Below, one piece after another: positions 9,637-20,200 of a stretch of DNA of 64,000 bases; position 1 is the first letter of the stretch, and every line of letters begins with the position of its first letter. The DNA is from Candidatus Aenigmatarchaeota archaeon (lineage in GTDB: Archaea; Aenigmatarchaeota; Aenigmatarchaeia; QMZP01; QMZT01): assembly GCA_043808015.1 (NCBI GenBank), contig JAZDFI010000008.1, positions 1 through 64,000 on the forward strand, in the 5' to 3' direction. A program made the translations under genes and the position numbers. The notes beneath the pieces were generated by a model that saw only the letters and a list, made by a program, of their open reading frames with translations, made no database searches and was not told the DNA's origin.

Positions 9637-11355
9637 TTATACATCCTGGCCGTAAAGCCTGTCTATTACATTTTTGTATTCTTGCTCCACGACACTGGAT
9701 TTTATCTTAAGAGTGGGTGTTATTTCAAAGCCTTCCCTCAGCGCATGGGGCATTATCTCGAATTTTCTTATCTGTTCATGCTTCGGAAGGTCATTATTGA
9801 TTTCTGCCAAGTATTTTTCCACGGTTTTTCTTTCGATGGCGACGCCGTCTTCCTGCGGGAATATCAGTGCGACAGGATAAGACCTTTTGTCGTTTGCGAT
9901 AACAACTGAAGTGACGTGCGCATCAGGTATTGCGTTTATGAGGCCTTCCAGTTTATCAAGAGGTACTGCTTCCCCGGAAGAAAGTTTCGGGATTCTTTTC
10001 TTCCTGCCTATTATTTTAACATAACCATCAGGTGTTATCTCCGCAATGTCTCCGGTCCTGAGCCACCCATTTTCTATAGTTTTTTGTGTCAATTCCGGTT
10101 TATTACGGTATCCAGTCATCATACTCGGGCCTTTAACCATAAGCTCACCGTCACCGTTGGTTTTGACATCAACGCCTCCGTGAGGTTTGCCATTCGCATC
10201 TTGCACGACGAGACTCAGAGGCCTGCCAACATAGCCGTGTTTTATATCTTTGGGGTCGTTGGCCGCTATGACGGGGCAGAACTCCGTCTGTCCATATCCC
10301 TCTACCATAGGCAAACCAAGCGTTTCAAAATATTTGCTTAGTTCCGGATCGAGTGCAGCGCCGCCGGATACGAAAAACCTGATATTACCCCCGGTCTTGC
10401 CCTTGAGCTTGTGCGAGACCAGGCCAATCACAAGTTTCGAGATTATATCCGGATGGCGGCCGTTTTCGACTGCATCTACATATTTTTGCAATGCCTTTTT
10501 GCCGAAATCCGGTATGTTGGCGTATATTTTTTCTGCAACAAGCGGGACGACAGGAACAGCAGTTGGCTTCACCAGAGGCATGTTCTTTATCATGTCCTTT
10601 CTGCTGGAGTATGCTATGGTTCCTCCTGTGATGAGAATGACGTTCTGGTTGTTTGCCTCGAAAGAATGTGCCAGCGGCAGGAATGATATGCTCACATCGT
10701 TCTCGTTGAAGCCGAGCCTGTCTATTGACGCCAGTGCGTTGTAAGATATTGCCTCCTGATCGAACAGCGCGCCTTTTGGTTCGCCAGTAGTGCCTGATGT
10801 GTAAATTATCTTTGCAGGAGTTTTCAAAGTGAGCGAATCATAAAACTGGCGCGTCCTTTCCGCATCCGACCTGCCGCCGAATTTCATGACTTCCTTGAGT
10901 TGTATTATATCCTGCCTGTAGTCGTTCTCGCCGTTAAGCGTTATTATATACCTGAGATTAGGAGTGCCTTTCCTCAAATCAAGGACTTTTTTCAGCTCTT
11001 CGGGATTCGACACAACTATCGCCGACGCATCAGAATCGTTGAGCACGTAATCCACATAGCCTTTCGGCTGCCTCTCGTAAATCGGCACGAAAATTCCCTG
11101 AGTCCCCATCACGGCGTATTCTGTCATCGGCCATTCCGGCCTGTTTTCAGAAAGGATTGCAACGTTTTTTTTATCGAGACCCAGATGAGCGAGTCCGGTA
11201 GAAAGTTTTCTGATGCGCTCTCCCATTTCGCCATAAGTTGTGCCTTTGTATTCGTTGCCTACCTTGTACATGAGGGCAACTTTTCCGGGAGTTCTTTCAA
11301 CGCTGTCGAAAACAAGATGCGGCACAGGTTTTAAGATTTTTCCCATATCAACCAT
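9637..11355 (-). CDS. fadD: Long-chain fatty acid--CoA ligase (AMP-forming, FAA1/COG1022 type)
   Basis: IIYTSGTTGEPKG, FLPLAHSFE, SGGA, EGYGQTE, GWLRTGDI, TPTLKIK. Confidence 0.9.
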   Translation of the reverse strand: MVDMGKILKPVPHLVFDSVERTPGKVALMYKVGNEYKGTTYGEMGERIRKLSTGLAHLGLDKKNVAILSENRPEWPMTEYAVMGTQGIFVPIYERQPKGYVDYVLNDSDASAIVVSNPEELKKVLDLRKGTPNLRYIITLNGENDYRQDIIQLKEVMKFGGRSDAERTRQFYDSLTLKTPAKIIYTSGTTGEPKGALFDQEAISYNALASIDRLGFNENDVSISFLPLAHSFEANNQNVILITGGTIAYSSRKDMIKNMPLVKPTAVPVVPLVAEKIYANIPDFGKKALQKYVDAVENGRHPDIISKLVIGLVSHKLKGKTGGNIRFFVSGGAALDPELSKYFETLGLPMVEGYGQTEFCPVIAANDPKDIKHGYVGRPLSLVVQDANGKPHGGVDVKTNGDGELMVKGPSMMTGYRNKPELTQKTIENGWLRTGDIAEITPDGYVKIIGRKKRIPKLSSGEAVPLDKLEGLINAIPDAHVTSVVIANDKRSYPVALIFPQEDGVAIERKTVEKYLAEINNDLPKHEQIRKFEIMPHALREGFEITPTLKIKSSVVEQEYKNVIDRLYGQDV

Positions 11356-11375
11356 TTCATTATTGAACAGTAAGT

Positions 11376-11406
11376 ATTTTTAACCTTTCCGGTAACTATA
11401 GTGAAA
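11376..11406 (-). promoter_or_regulatory. Operator-like box TTTCACTATAGTTAC (11392-11406), BRE CGGAAAGG, then TATA TTAAAAAT of the acyl-CoA ligase gene
   Basis: Palindromic core ACTATAGT; box ends 37 nt from the ATG; geometry fits a leaderless transcript. Confidence 0.7.
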
Positions 11407-11501
11407 TTTAGCTTCGATAAAAATTATCATAAAATGCGAATTCCGGCCGGTCAGAAAATCCGCAGTTCGGATTTTTATAACAGGGAACAGAATATATTAT
11501 C

Positions 11502-12176
11502 ATGAAGCTCGGGGCCATGGGGACTGGCAGAAAGGCGGACGGAAAAGCGCATGGTAAAGCAAACAGAAAAGCTCAGACTGAAGCAATCACGCTTGTTCTT
11601 GTTACCGGCATAATAATCGCGCTCGTCGGCTCGGCGTACATGTGGGGCAAGCCCATGATAGACAAGCGTTCTGTGGTGACCCAGTTCGCGTCTGCAGTGA
11701 AGTTCATGGAAGACCTCGATGCTAAGATAGTCAACATGGCCGGAACCTGTTCGTTTGAAGGCGCCTGCGAGGAGTCGCTGGACCTTCCTGTTGCAGGCAT
11801 TCTATACCTCGATGTGGCCAGCAACTCCATAATATACACGATCACCGTCAACCAGCCCCTGATATTCGGGGACGGCGAAGTCCTGCTCAATACCGCGGAT
11901 AATGGCACCATCGCGCGTTATGGCGAGAAGCCCGGCGTCATAAGCCTGCGCGGCGAACGAACTGAGGGCTTATATAACGTCATATTCAGGCTGCGCTACC
12001 GCGAGCTCGACAGCCAGGAGCCGTGGAAAGGCTACAAGATTGAGCTGAAAAAAGAGGGCAAAGATACCGGTTCGAGCAAAGTGCTCATTTCTTACGGCGG
12101 CCCATACACGGCGCAGGGCGGCGCATATAACAACGGGGATCTCGTGCTTTCGAGAATAAAAGTGCAGCCCATATGA
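11502..12176 (+). CDS. Archaeal type IV pilin-like protein (class III signal peptide)
   Basis: RKAQ|TEAI followed by a hydrophobic helix. Confidence 0.8.
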   Translation: MKLGAMGTGRKADGKAHGKANRKAQTEAITLVLVTGIIIALVGSAYMWGKPMIDKRSVVTQFASAVKFMEDLDAKIVNMAGTCSFEGACEESLDLPVAGILYLDVASNSIIYTITVNQPLIFGDGEVLLNTADNGTIARYGEKPGVISLRGERTEGLYNVIFRLRYRELDSQEPWKGYKIELKKEGKDTGSSKVLISYGGPYTAQGGAYNNGDLVLSRIKVQPI

Positions 12177-12628
12177 AACGCGAGCCAGTCGGCCAGAAAA
12201 AACGAAAAGGCCAGATGCTTGTTTTCGAGCAGGTCCTGATGTTCACCATCGGCGTAGCCATCATGATAATGGCTTTCGCCCTTTTCACAATGTACCAGAA
12301 CTATTACACTTCATCGACTGCCAGCGACCAGATGACCGAGGTGAAGGAATACGTCCTGTCCAGCATCATAAAGGCGTGCGAGAGCGAAGCGAACGTCACT
12401 ATGATACTAACGATACCCAAGACCGTCAGCAACAGTTTCTACAAGATAAGCCTTTCCAACGCCGGTCTTAACGTCACGCTCGAACCGTATAGCGGTTCTG
12501 GCGATTTCTCGCCTCTCTATGGTCTCAACGAAACGTTCGTATTCAGCGGCATGGCCATAAGCGATCTGGGCAAGGTGGTCGTATACAAGAACGGCAATCT
12601 CGTCTCGTTGGACAGAAGAGTGGCGTGA
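12173..12628 (+). CDS. Archaeal type IV pilin-like protein (class III signal peptide)
   Basis: KKRKGQ|MLVFE followed by a hydrophobic helix; ATGA overlap with the previous gene. Confidence 0.82.
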   Translation: MKREPVGQKKRKGQMLVFEQVLMFTIGVAIMIMAFALFTMYQNYYTSSTASDQMTEVKEYVLSSIIKACESEANVTMILTIPKTVSNSFYKISLSNAGLNVTLEPYSGSGDFSPLYGLNETFVFSGMAISDLGKVVVYKNGNLVSLDRRVA

Positions 12629-12697
12629 CGCCTGCTTATTCTAATAAATATAAGAAACGGAGCCCAATTATTATACATTACGGGTTAGAGGGTTTCT

Positions 12698-14521
12698 ATG
12701 GCGGTCAGATTAAGGAAGATGCGCATACCTAGGGAAGCGACGCAGGCGGATTCTGGTAAAAATGCCAAAGCCGGGAGCGTCGAAGCTAGCGTCCAGGCCA
12801 AGAAGATAATAAGGAAACTGAAATACGGCCTGCGCTCGCGCAAGGAGGAACGACGCGGCTACTCTGGCGGCAGGAACAGCATGTTCTTTTTCGACCGCGA
12901 AGAGCGCATCCCCTCGGCGCCGATAGTGACTGAAAAAATCATAGTCAAGGAGGCGCCCGGCATAGAGATGGAAATATCGAAAGCGCCCGCTCCGCTCACG
13001 ACTCCGCTTTCCAGCGAGGAAAAGGAGATGCTGCGAAGCATAAACATATCGTATCCTCTGATACCGGATGCGCCGCAGAAGAACGAGCGCGTCTATGCTT
13101 ACGCCAGGATAAGATGGGACAACGAGCACAACGAGCTCGTGTATTCCGTCATCGAGCCCCAGATAAGCGACAGGGAAATGGAGATAATAGAGTTCGTGAA
13201 AAAGGAGCTCGAAGAACGTTTGGATATCGACTTCATGAAGCTGGGCGAGATACGCGCGAAAGAGCTGCTGACAGAAGAGATAAAGAGCATAATCATGAGG
13301 ATACGCGGCATGGACCCCGGGAAAAGCGATGTTATCCGGTACTACGTACAACGAGACATCATCGGCCTGGGCAGGATAGAGCCGCTCATGAGGGACAAGA
13401 ACATCGAGGAAGTATCGTGCGACGGCGATAAAATCCCGCTTTACATCTACCACAGGAACCCGCTTTTCGGCTCGACCGTGACCAATATAGTTTTCGACGA
13501 CGCTGACGTTCTGGACACGTTCGTCATGAAGATGTCGCAGAAATGCGGCAAGTCGATTTCCGTCGCGGATCCCATGATAGAAGGCTCGCTGCCGGACGGC
13601 TCGAGGGTCCACGCGACGCTGGGAACGGACATAGCCAGACGAGGTTCGAATTTCACGATACGCAAGTTCACCAAGACACCGCTCACTCCGATACACATGC
13701 TGGAATACGGCACGCTCGACTCGACACAGCTCGCATACCTTTGGCTCGCGATAGAGAACCGCAAGTCCATGCTAATCTCCGGTGGTACGGCATCGGGCAA
13801 GACGTCGCTTCTCAATGCGCTGTCGCTTTTCATCAGACCCAACATGAAGATAGTTTCGATAGAGGATACGCCGGAGCTGAGCCTGCCGCACCCCCACTGG
13901 GTGCCGGAAGTCGCCAGAACTCCGATATCCGAGGGCAAGAAGACCGGCGAGGTCAGCCTTTTCGACCTGCTCAAGTCGTCGTTAAGACAGCGACCGGACT
14001 ACATAATAGTCGGCGAGGTGAGAGGCACGGAAGCGTACGTCCTGTTCCAGCAAATCGCTACAGGTCACGCCGGGATAGCGACGATTCACGCGGCGAATCT
14101 GCAGCAGCTCGTAGACAGACTTACGACGCCTCCCATCAACCTGCCGTCGAGCCTTATACAAAATCTGGACATCATAGTGTTCATAATGCAGGTCAAGTCG
14201 CGCGACCGCTACGTGCGCAGAGTCAACCAGATTCTCGAGGTCACGGGAGTCAAGGGCGACAAGCCCGTGACAAGCGAGGTCTTCAAATGGAAGCCCATCG
14301 ATGACAAGTTCGAGCTTTCCGAGAGGAGCACCATGCTGGAGCACATCGCCAGGTCGCTCGGCCTGACAGAAATTACGCTAAAGGAAGAGATGCGCACCAG
14401 GAAGATCATCCTAGAGTGGATGTGGGAAAAGCGCATGTTCGACTACAGGGACGTGTCTAAAATGATAACCGGCTACTATTCCAATCCTGAAAGGATAATC
14501 GGCCTCGTCGAGGGCATATGA
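12698..14521 (+). CDS. Type II/IV secretion system ATPase (FlaI/TadA/VirB11 family)
   Basis: FTIRKF, GGTASGKTS, SIEDTPEL, LRQRPDYIIVGEVRG, TGH...TIHA. Confidence 0.95.
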   Translation: MAVRLRKMRIPREATQADSGKNAKAGSVEASVQAKKIIRKLKYGLRSRKEERRGYSGGRNSMFFFDREERIPSAPIVTEKIIVKEAPGIEMEISKAPAPLTTPLSSEEKEMLRSINISYPLIPDAPQKNERVYAYARIRWDNEHNELVYSVIEPQISDREMEIIEFVKKELEERLDIDFMKLGEIRAKELLTEEIKSIIMRIRGMDPGKSDVIRYYVQRDIIGLGRIEPLMRDKNIEEVSCDGDKIPLYIYHRNPLFGSTVTNIVFDDADVLDTFVMKMSQKCGKSISVADPMIEGSLPDGSRVHATLGTDIARRGSNFTIRKFTKTPLTPIHMLEYGTLDSTQLAYLWLAIENRKSMLISGGTASGKTSLLNALSLFIRPNMKIVSIEDTPELSLPHPHWVPEVARTPISEGKKTGEVSLFDLLKSSLRQRPDYIIVGEVRGTEAYVLFQQIATGHAGIATIHAANLQQLVDRLTTPPINLPSSLIQNLDIIVFIMQVKSRDRYVRRVNQILEVTGVKGDKPVTSEVFKWKPIDDKFELSERSTMLEHIARSLGLTEITLKEEMRTRKIILEWMWEKRMFDYRDVSKMITGYYSNPERIIGLVEGI

Positions 14522-14577
14522 GGTGCGACTAAGGCTGAGTTTTTCGTAATCCAGACATGCCTTGGCAAGGAAAATTT

Positions 14578-15426
14578 ATGTTGGGAAGATTCGCATACAA
14601 ACTTTTCGGGAGGGTAGTGGAATCATACGCCGAATATTTTGATTCTCTCAGCCTGCAGCTGAAGCAGGCCAAGATGAAATACCCGGTCGAGGAATACGTT
14701 TCGCTGCTGATGCTGGCGTCGCTCATAACCTTCGCGGCAGTTATAATGGCTGGCTCGTTCTACATTACCATAACAACGGCCCGCGCTTTCTACTCGTACA
14801 CGTTCTCCATCATAATCTCCTGCGTTGCGGCAGTCGGCGTGTTCTTCCTGGGCATGTATTATCCGACCATGAAGGCGAAGGGCATACAGAGCGAAATAAA
14901 CAAGTCCATTCCATTCGCCACGATTTACATGGCGACAGTCGCGTCTGCAGACACGAATGCGGCGCAGCTGTTCAAGATAGCTTCGCTCAGGGGCGGCCAC
15001 ATAGGCAAGGAGTGCGAAAAAATCTACCGCGACATACACATGCTCGGCATGGATGTTTCGACCGCGATAACGAAGGCTGCGAACCGCACGCCGTCAGCGA
15101 AGTTCTCCGAGATGTTGTGGGGCATGCTTTCCGTGATAAAGCGCGGAGGCGACCTGGGCGAATACCTCGCGGACAAGTCCAAGGAATACATGAACGATTA
15201 CAGGCGCTCGCTGGAAGACTATTCGAAGCAGATAAGTTTCTATACTGAGATTTACATAACGCTCATAATCGTGGGCACGCTGTTCTTCATCGTGCTCTCG
15301 TCGATAATGTCGCCGCTCGTGGGTGGCGATATACTCATGGTGCAGACGTTCCTGGTGTTCTTCTTCATACCGCTCATATCCGCGGGATTCCTGGTATTGA
15401 TGAAGAGCCTTTCACCTTCGAATTGA
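14578..15426 (+). CDS. Type II secretion system F (TadB/TadC/FlaJ-like) membrane platform protein
   Basis: T2SSF pattern 'LGMD...A....ANRTPS..FSE.LWG', TM helices, follows the ATPase. Confidence 0.88.
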   Translation: MLGRFAYKLFGRVVESYAEYFDSLSLQLKQAKMKYPVEEYVSLLMLASLITFAAVIMAGSFYITITTARAFYSYTFSIIISCVAAVGVFFLGMYYPTMKAKGIQSEINKSIPFATIYMATVASADTNAAQLFKIASLRGGHIGKECEKIYRDIHMLGMDVSTAITKAANRTPSAKFSEMLWGMLSVIKRGGDLGEYLADKSKEYMNDYRRSLEDYSKQISFYTEIYITLIIVGTLFFIVLSSIMSPLVGGDILMVQTFLVFFFIPLISAGFLVLMKSLSPSN

Positions 15427-15445
15427 AGGAAAATAGAGTGAACAT

Positions 15446-16372
15446 ATGGACAAGGAAAGGAGAGTGCTACTGGTTTCGATGATAATAGCTGTCGTGCTGG
15501 TCAGCGTTTTCGCCGTCCTTACCCAGGATGTCGGCATCATAGTTAACGTGAGCGTCATAGCGCTGTTCATAGTCATCACTCCGCTTTTCCTGATAAAATA
15601 CACGGAATTACTCTGGTTAAAATCGATAGAGAAAGAGTTCCCTGCATTCATCCGCGACCTCGCAGGCTTAAAGCGCTCCGGCATCACGCTTTCCGAAGCG
15701 ATAAAGATGACGACGAAGAACAACTATGGCAAGCTCACGCCTGAAATCCAGAAGTTCTCCAACCGCTTGTCCTGGGGCGTGCATTTCATCAGGGCGCTTG
15801 AAATTTTCGGCAAGCGCTTCCGCGCCTCGAAGCTCGTAACGGAGATACTGAGCATCGTAAGAGAAGCGTATGTCTCGGGCGCCAACATATCGGTCACTCT
15901 CGATTCGCTTTCCAGGGATATGGTCACGCTCAAGGAGATCGATGAAGAGCGCAAGTCAGTCGTTCGCCAGCACGTCATGATAATGTACGGCATATTCTTC
16001 ATGTTTGTCGCGATATCCATTTCCATAATCTACGTCCTCGTGCCCATGATGAGCCAGACGCAGCAGACGTCTGTAGCGAATTCGCCGTTAGTCATGTCCT
16101 TCGCCGACCCGTGCCAGAGGATGAACATCCCGTTCCCGTGCGCGTATTTCGGCGTGGTCTGCGAGTCGTTCTCAGTAAACCAAGGAGTGGGCTGCTATTA
16201 CTTCTCGCTGTTCTTCACCGTGCTTGTCATACAGGCGATATTCATGGGCCTGATATCAGGGCAGCTCGGTGAGAATTCGATCGTCGCTGGCGTCAAGCAC
16301 TCGCTCATAATGCTCGCTTCCGTGTTCATGATATTCATGTTCGTGGTCAGGAGCGGGCTGCTGCCGGTTTGA
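15446..16372 (+). CDS. Type II secretion system F (TadC-like) membrane platform protein
   Basis: 'IEKEFPAFIRDLA...SG..L..A...YG.L..E...LSWG', C-terminal 'G.KHS..M'. Confidence 0.88.
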   Translation: MDKERRVLLVSMIIAVVLVSVFAVLTQDVGIIVNVSVIALFIVITPLFLIKYTELLWLKSIEKEFPAFIRDLAGLKRSGITLSEAIKMTTKNNYGKLTPEIQKFSNRLSWGVHFIRALEIFGKRFRASKLVTEILSIVREAYVSGANISVTLDSLSRDMVTLKEIDEERKSVVRQHVMIMYGIFFMFVAISISIIYVLVPMMSQTQQTSVANSPLVMSFADPCQRMNIPFPCAYFGVVCESFSVNQGVGCYYFSLFFTVLVIQAIFMGLISGQLGENSIVAGVKHSLIMLASVFMIFMFVVRSGLLPV

Positions 16373-16424
16373 TTCTGCAATATTTCCAGGCTAAATATTT
16401 TAAGAATACAAGCCAATAAAGAGT

Positions 16425-17279
16425 ATGGACTTCATCAGCGAATACTTCCTGAACCCCATTCTATCGAACGGCTGGTTCAACCCCGTCAATTCACTGGTTT
16501 ATGGAATTATTCTTGTCGTGGCTGTATATTTTGTTTTCAAGCTCCTGAAGCGCATGCGCGTACGCATAGACCGGCATTTCCTGTATGCGATAACGCCGTT
16601 CATCTTATGGGCGGCCATAACGCGCGTGCTTCACGACGCCGCGTTCGCTGGTGCGCTCAAAGGCGATATAGGCGATTTCTTCTCGATGCCGGTATTCCCG
16701 ACGCCGGGCTCGTATTTCATCACGTTTACGCTCGCACTAGGAGTTTTAGTCATCTCTTTAGGCATACAGAAATATGCGAAAGCGATTCCGTACTGGAAAT
16801 CCATGGCCGGGATTGGCGTGGCGCTATCGGCTATCGAATTAGCCATTATGCCAAAATTCGATATCATTCCAGTGGGCATGATTCTGGGCATCACTGGCCT
16901 ATGGACTCTGCTGTTCTTCCTGTTCCACAAGTTTTCTGTTTCCTTGCAAAAAAAATCCATGCTGAAAACGCTTAAGCAGATTTTCACACTCGACAACTCG
17001 GCCATACTTTCGGCCCACATGCTCGATGCCAGCGCGACTTTCGTCGCCCTCGCGTTTTTCGGTTACGCCGAGCAGCATCCGCTGCCGCGCACGCTTATCG
17101 AGTTCTCCAACCCCGCGGCCATGTTCCTGCTCAAGCTCGTCGTGCTGATACCTGTTTTATACATAATCGACCGTCACGCAGAGAAGGGCGAGTTCAAGAA
17201 CTTCCTGAAGATAGTCATCTTCATACTAGGGCTCGCGCCAGGCCTGCGCGACATGATAAGGCTGATGGCAGGCGTCTAA
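16425..17279 (+). CDS. DUF63 family membrane protein
   Basis: 'NPVNSLVY', 'AHMLDASATF', 'EQHPL', 'LGLAPGLRD..RL..GV'. Confidence 0.85.
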   Translation: MDFISEYFLNPILSNGWFNPVNSLVYGIILVVAVYFVFKLLKRMRVRIDRHFLYAITPFILWAAITRVLHDAAFAGALKGDIGDFFSMPVFPTPGSYFITFTLALGVLVISLGIQKYAKAIPYWKSMAGIGVALSAIELAIMPKFDIIPVGMILGITGLWTLLFFLFHKFSVSLQKKSMLKTLKQIFTLDNSAILSAHMLDASATFVALAFFGYAEQHPLPRTLIEFSNPAAMFLLKLVVLIPVLYIIDRHAEKGEFKNFLKIVIFILGLAPGLRDMIRLMAGV

Positions 17280-17284
17280 CGATT

Positions 17285-20200
17285 TCAAGAATCAGAACCA
17301 GATTCTGCAGTGTATTGCGCCAATTCCTTCGGCCAGCATATATCATTGAATGTTATCAGCGTGTCCTTGGTGTCCTTCTTGGTGAAGCTGTACGTCGCAC
17401 TCGCTGTTATAGTGTATGTCTTTTTCGGAACTTCTAACCTGCTGATACCGTTGTAGCTGCATACGCCGTCATTTGAAAAGCCCAGCTCAAAAATATAGGC
17501 GGAAACGTTCGCGTCTTTATTGTTCAGATCAAATTTGAAACTTCTCGTGCACGTAGGTTCGCCCAAATCCTTGGTTACGTTTAAGGACACTTTGGCATTG
17601 CTTACCGCAGTGTTTTTCGGATCCCAAGTGGTTGAAAGATTGAAACCGATATAGAATCCTGTGCTTGCCTTTATTGGCTGGTCCATTGAACCGAGATTGA
17701 GGTTGGCAGGCGAAGTTGAAAGCAGAGAAGGCTTCTGCGCTCTTACAAGCTTGTCTTCTGATGAGAGCCTCTTCCATTCCTGGTCTGAAATGAAATCTAT
17801 CTGCAGATTCGACGTCGACTCGTATTCGTAAGTCACGTTAATCATGAAAGGTATGTATTTCTCCCTCACCGTATGCTCTTGGCCGCCGATAAATCCGAAA
17901 TCGTTCCACGCAGTGCTTCTGAAGTCTTCGCATTCCAGTTTACCGTAAAGTAGGATTGGGATGGTTTCTTTCATTTCTATATCTTCTATATTTATTCCCA
18001 TAGCCTGGTTGATGTAATTTTTATCCATTGTGAACCTGTACCATTGTTCATTGGTCTTCTCGTTCTTGGGCAGCTTTTCCATTTTGTTTGTTGGGACGGT
18101 ATTATGTCCAATCTTGAAATCCCTTATAGTCGTTAGTAAATCAATTCTGACGTTCTTTGCGTGGAATTGTCCCTTGTTCTCCAGCTCCATTTCTATCAAG
18201 AAAGGCTCCCCGAGATATATTGGATGGACGTCAAACTTCCTTATCTCCAGGCCGTACGCCCCTGATATTCCCATCTCGTTTTGCGCGTATTGGCCATTCG
18301 TTATCTGTTGAGCATACCCGACCGGGTTGGTGAACAGCATCCATCCCTGGCCGAACGTGTTCTGGAACTGACCGAACATGTCGCCCATCGGCTTGAAGAA
18401 GTCATTTACGCCATTGTGGACTGACGGCCACCACTCGCCGAAGAAGGCCACGCCCACCGACTGCTGGCCGGAGCCAAGGCCGAAAATCACGAAACCTATC
18501 ACGAGTATTATTACACCCATCCATGGCCTCGTCTCTGCCGGGGTTGTGAGCCCGGCTACAAGACCGAGAATCCAAACGGCACTGAATACTATGCCGCCTG
18601 TTCCGGAGAAGAAGCCGCCAGCTAGGTTGAAGCCACCTATGACGGCAAAAATTACCATTATCGCAACGAATACGACTTTGTCTATCATGTCGTAGCTTGC
18701 CCCTGACGCATTGCCTATTTTACCCAGAGCCTTTGCCAGGTTGTTCTTTTCTGTTGCGACAGGCAAAACGACGAAGAAGGCCAACGTCAGCCAGCCAAGC
18801 TCTTTCGACTGGAATATGCCTCCGCCCAAAACGCCGAATATGAAAAAGGCTATGAAAAGTGCCAGCAGAACCCTAACGAATGAAAGGATGAAGTCGTATG
18901 GCTTTGATGGTTCGAACTCTATCGGCATCTTGAAGTAAAAGCCGAACGCAAGGAACAGCAGCAGAAGATTGGAGCCCGGGAACTGCTGCGAATAAAGGCC
19001 GCCGATGAAGCACACCACGATGCCTGCCATCGCAACGGCTTTCAGAAAAGCTATGCCAGTGTTCGTTCTGTTTTCCGTATTAGTGAAAAGGCTGCCGAAA
19101 GTAGTGAATTCCTCGGCGTCGAGCTTGTTTTCCTTTGGGTTTGGAAGTATCATGTGGAAGCCCCAGAAAATGAATCCGATAAGATACCATATGTTGCTTG
19201 TGTAAGCCGATATGGCAATTCCAATTATGACCAGAACCAGCGAAGAAATTATGTGATTGACGCCGTGACCAGTCTTCCTGGAAAAATCCGAGATGAGTCT
19301 GGAGCCTTTCGTCGCCTTTCCCAATGCTCGACCAGGACCCTTTTCTAAAATCGTGCTATCTGGCCTTTCGCCCTTACCGTCTAGATAATCTTTTATTTGC
19401 TCTTCTCTTGACCTGTTTTTTTCTTTTGCCTGTCCTTCTACCGACCGATTTTTTATTTCCAGTTTTATTACGTCGGGGTCTGTCGGGCTGACTTCACCAG
19501 CGCTTACGACCACGCTTGCCGTTGCACTCACTTCCCTTACCTGCGTTGAAAATTCATCGGTGTATTCCTTCGTCACAGATACTTTGTATGACTTTACGCG
19601 CACTGCCGGCTGCCATGGTATCCTGCCGGCAGGAATGTCGGGAATGAAAAACTTGCCGTTCTTGCCGGATGTGCCTTTATAATGCGTGCCGTTGACATCA
19701 ATCAAGATTATTGCACCATCAACAGGAGAGCCGTGCAGGTCGGATATAATTCCGGTAGCAGCCCCGACTGCTTTGTCCGGGTCAGCCTGTTTGTTCCCTT
19801 CATGATTATGATAATGTAATTCTACATCTACAGGGTTGTCATGCACGTCAACATTGGTATTTCTATTTTTAGTGTTGTGAGTAGTGGTTTGTGTGCTACG
19901 CTGGTAGTTCTGATAGTTGAAATTAAATCCACCCTTGCCTTTTCCTCCGCCACCGCCTCCCCCACCGGAACCGTCGAATTTTTTCGTTTTGACTTCTTTG
20001 AGCTCTTTTTTTAGCAGGAAATGACAGCCTTCTATGGCATAATGCGGATTGAAACCAGCGTTTGCCAGAGACTTATTAATATCGATAGCTTTCGCATCTC
20101 CGGATTGAATATATGTGGGAATATCCTGAAGGTATCTCATAAGATCGTTGTATCTGGCTATTTTTTCCTTTGTGCCCATTCCCACCCATTGAACACCCGG

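Noticed and set aside
12710-14304. Long antisense and alternate-frame ORFs over the pilus ATPase (and similar ones over other genes)
   Set aside because: Shadow ORFs caused by GC3-rich codon usage of the real genes; no recognisable motifs.
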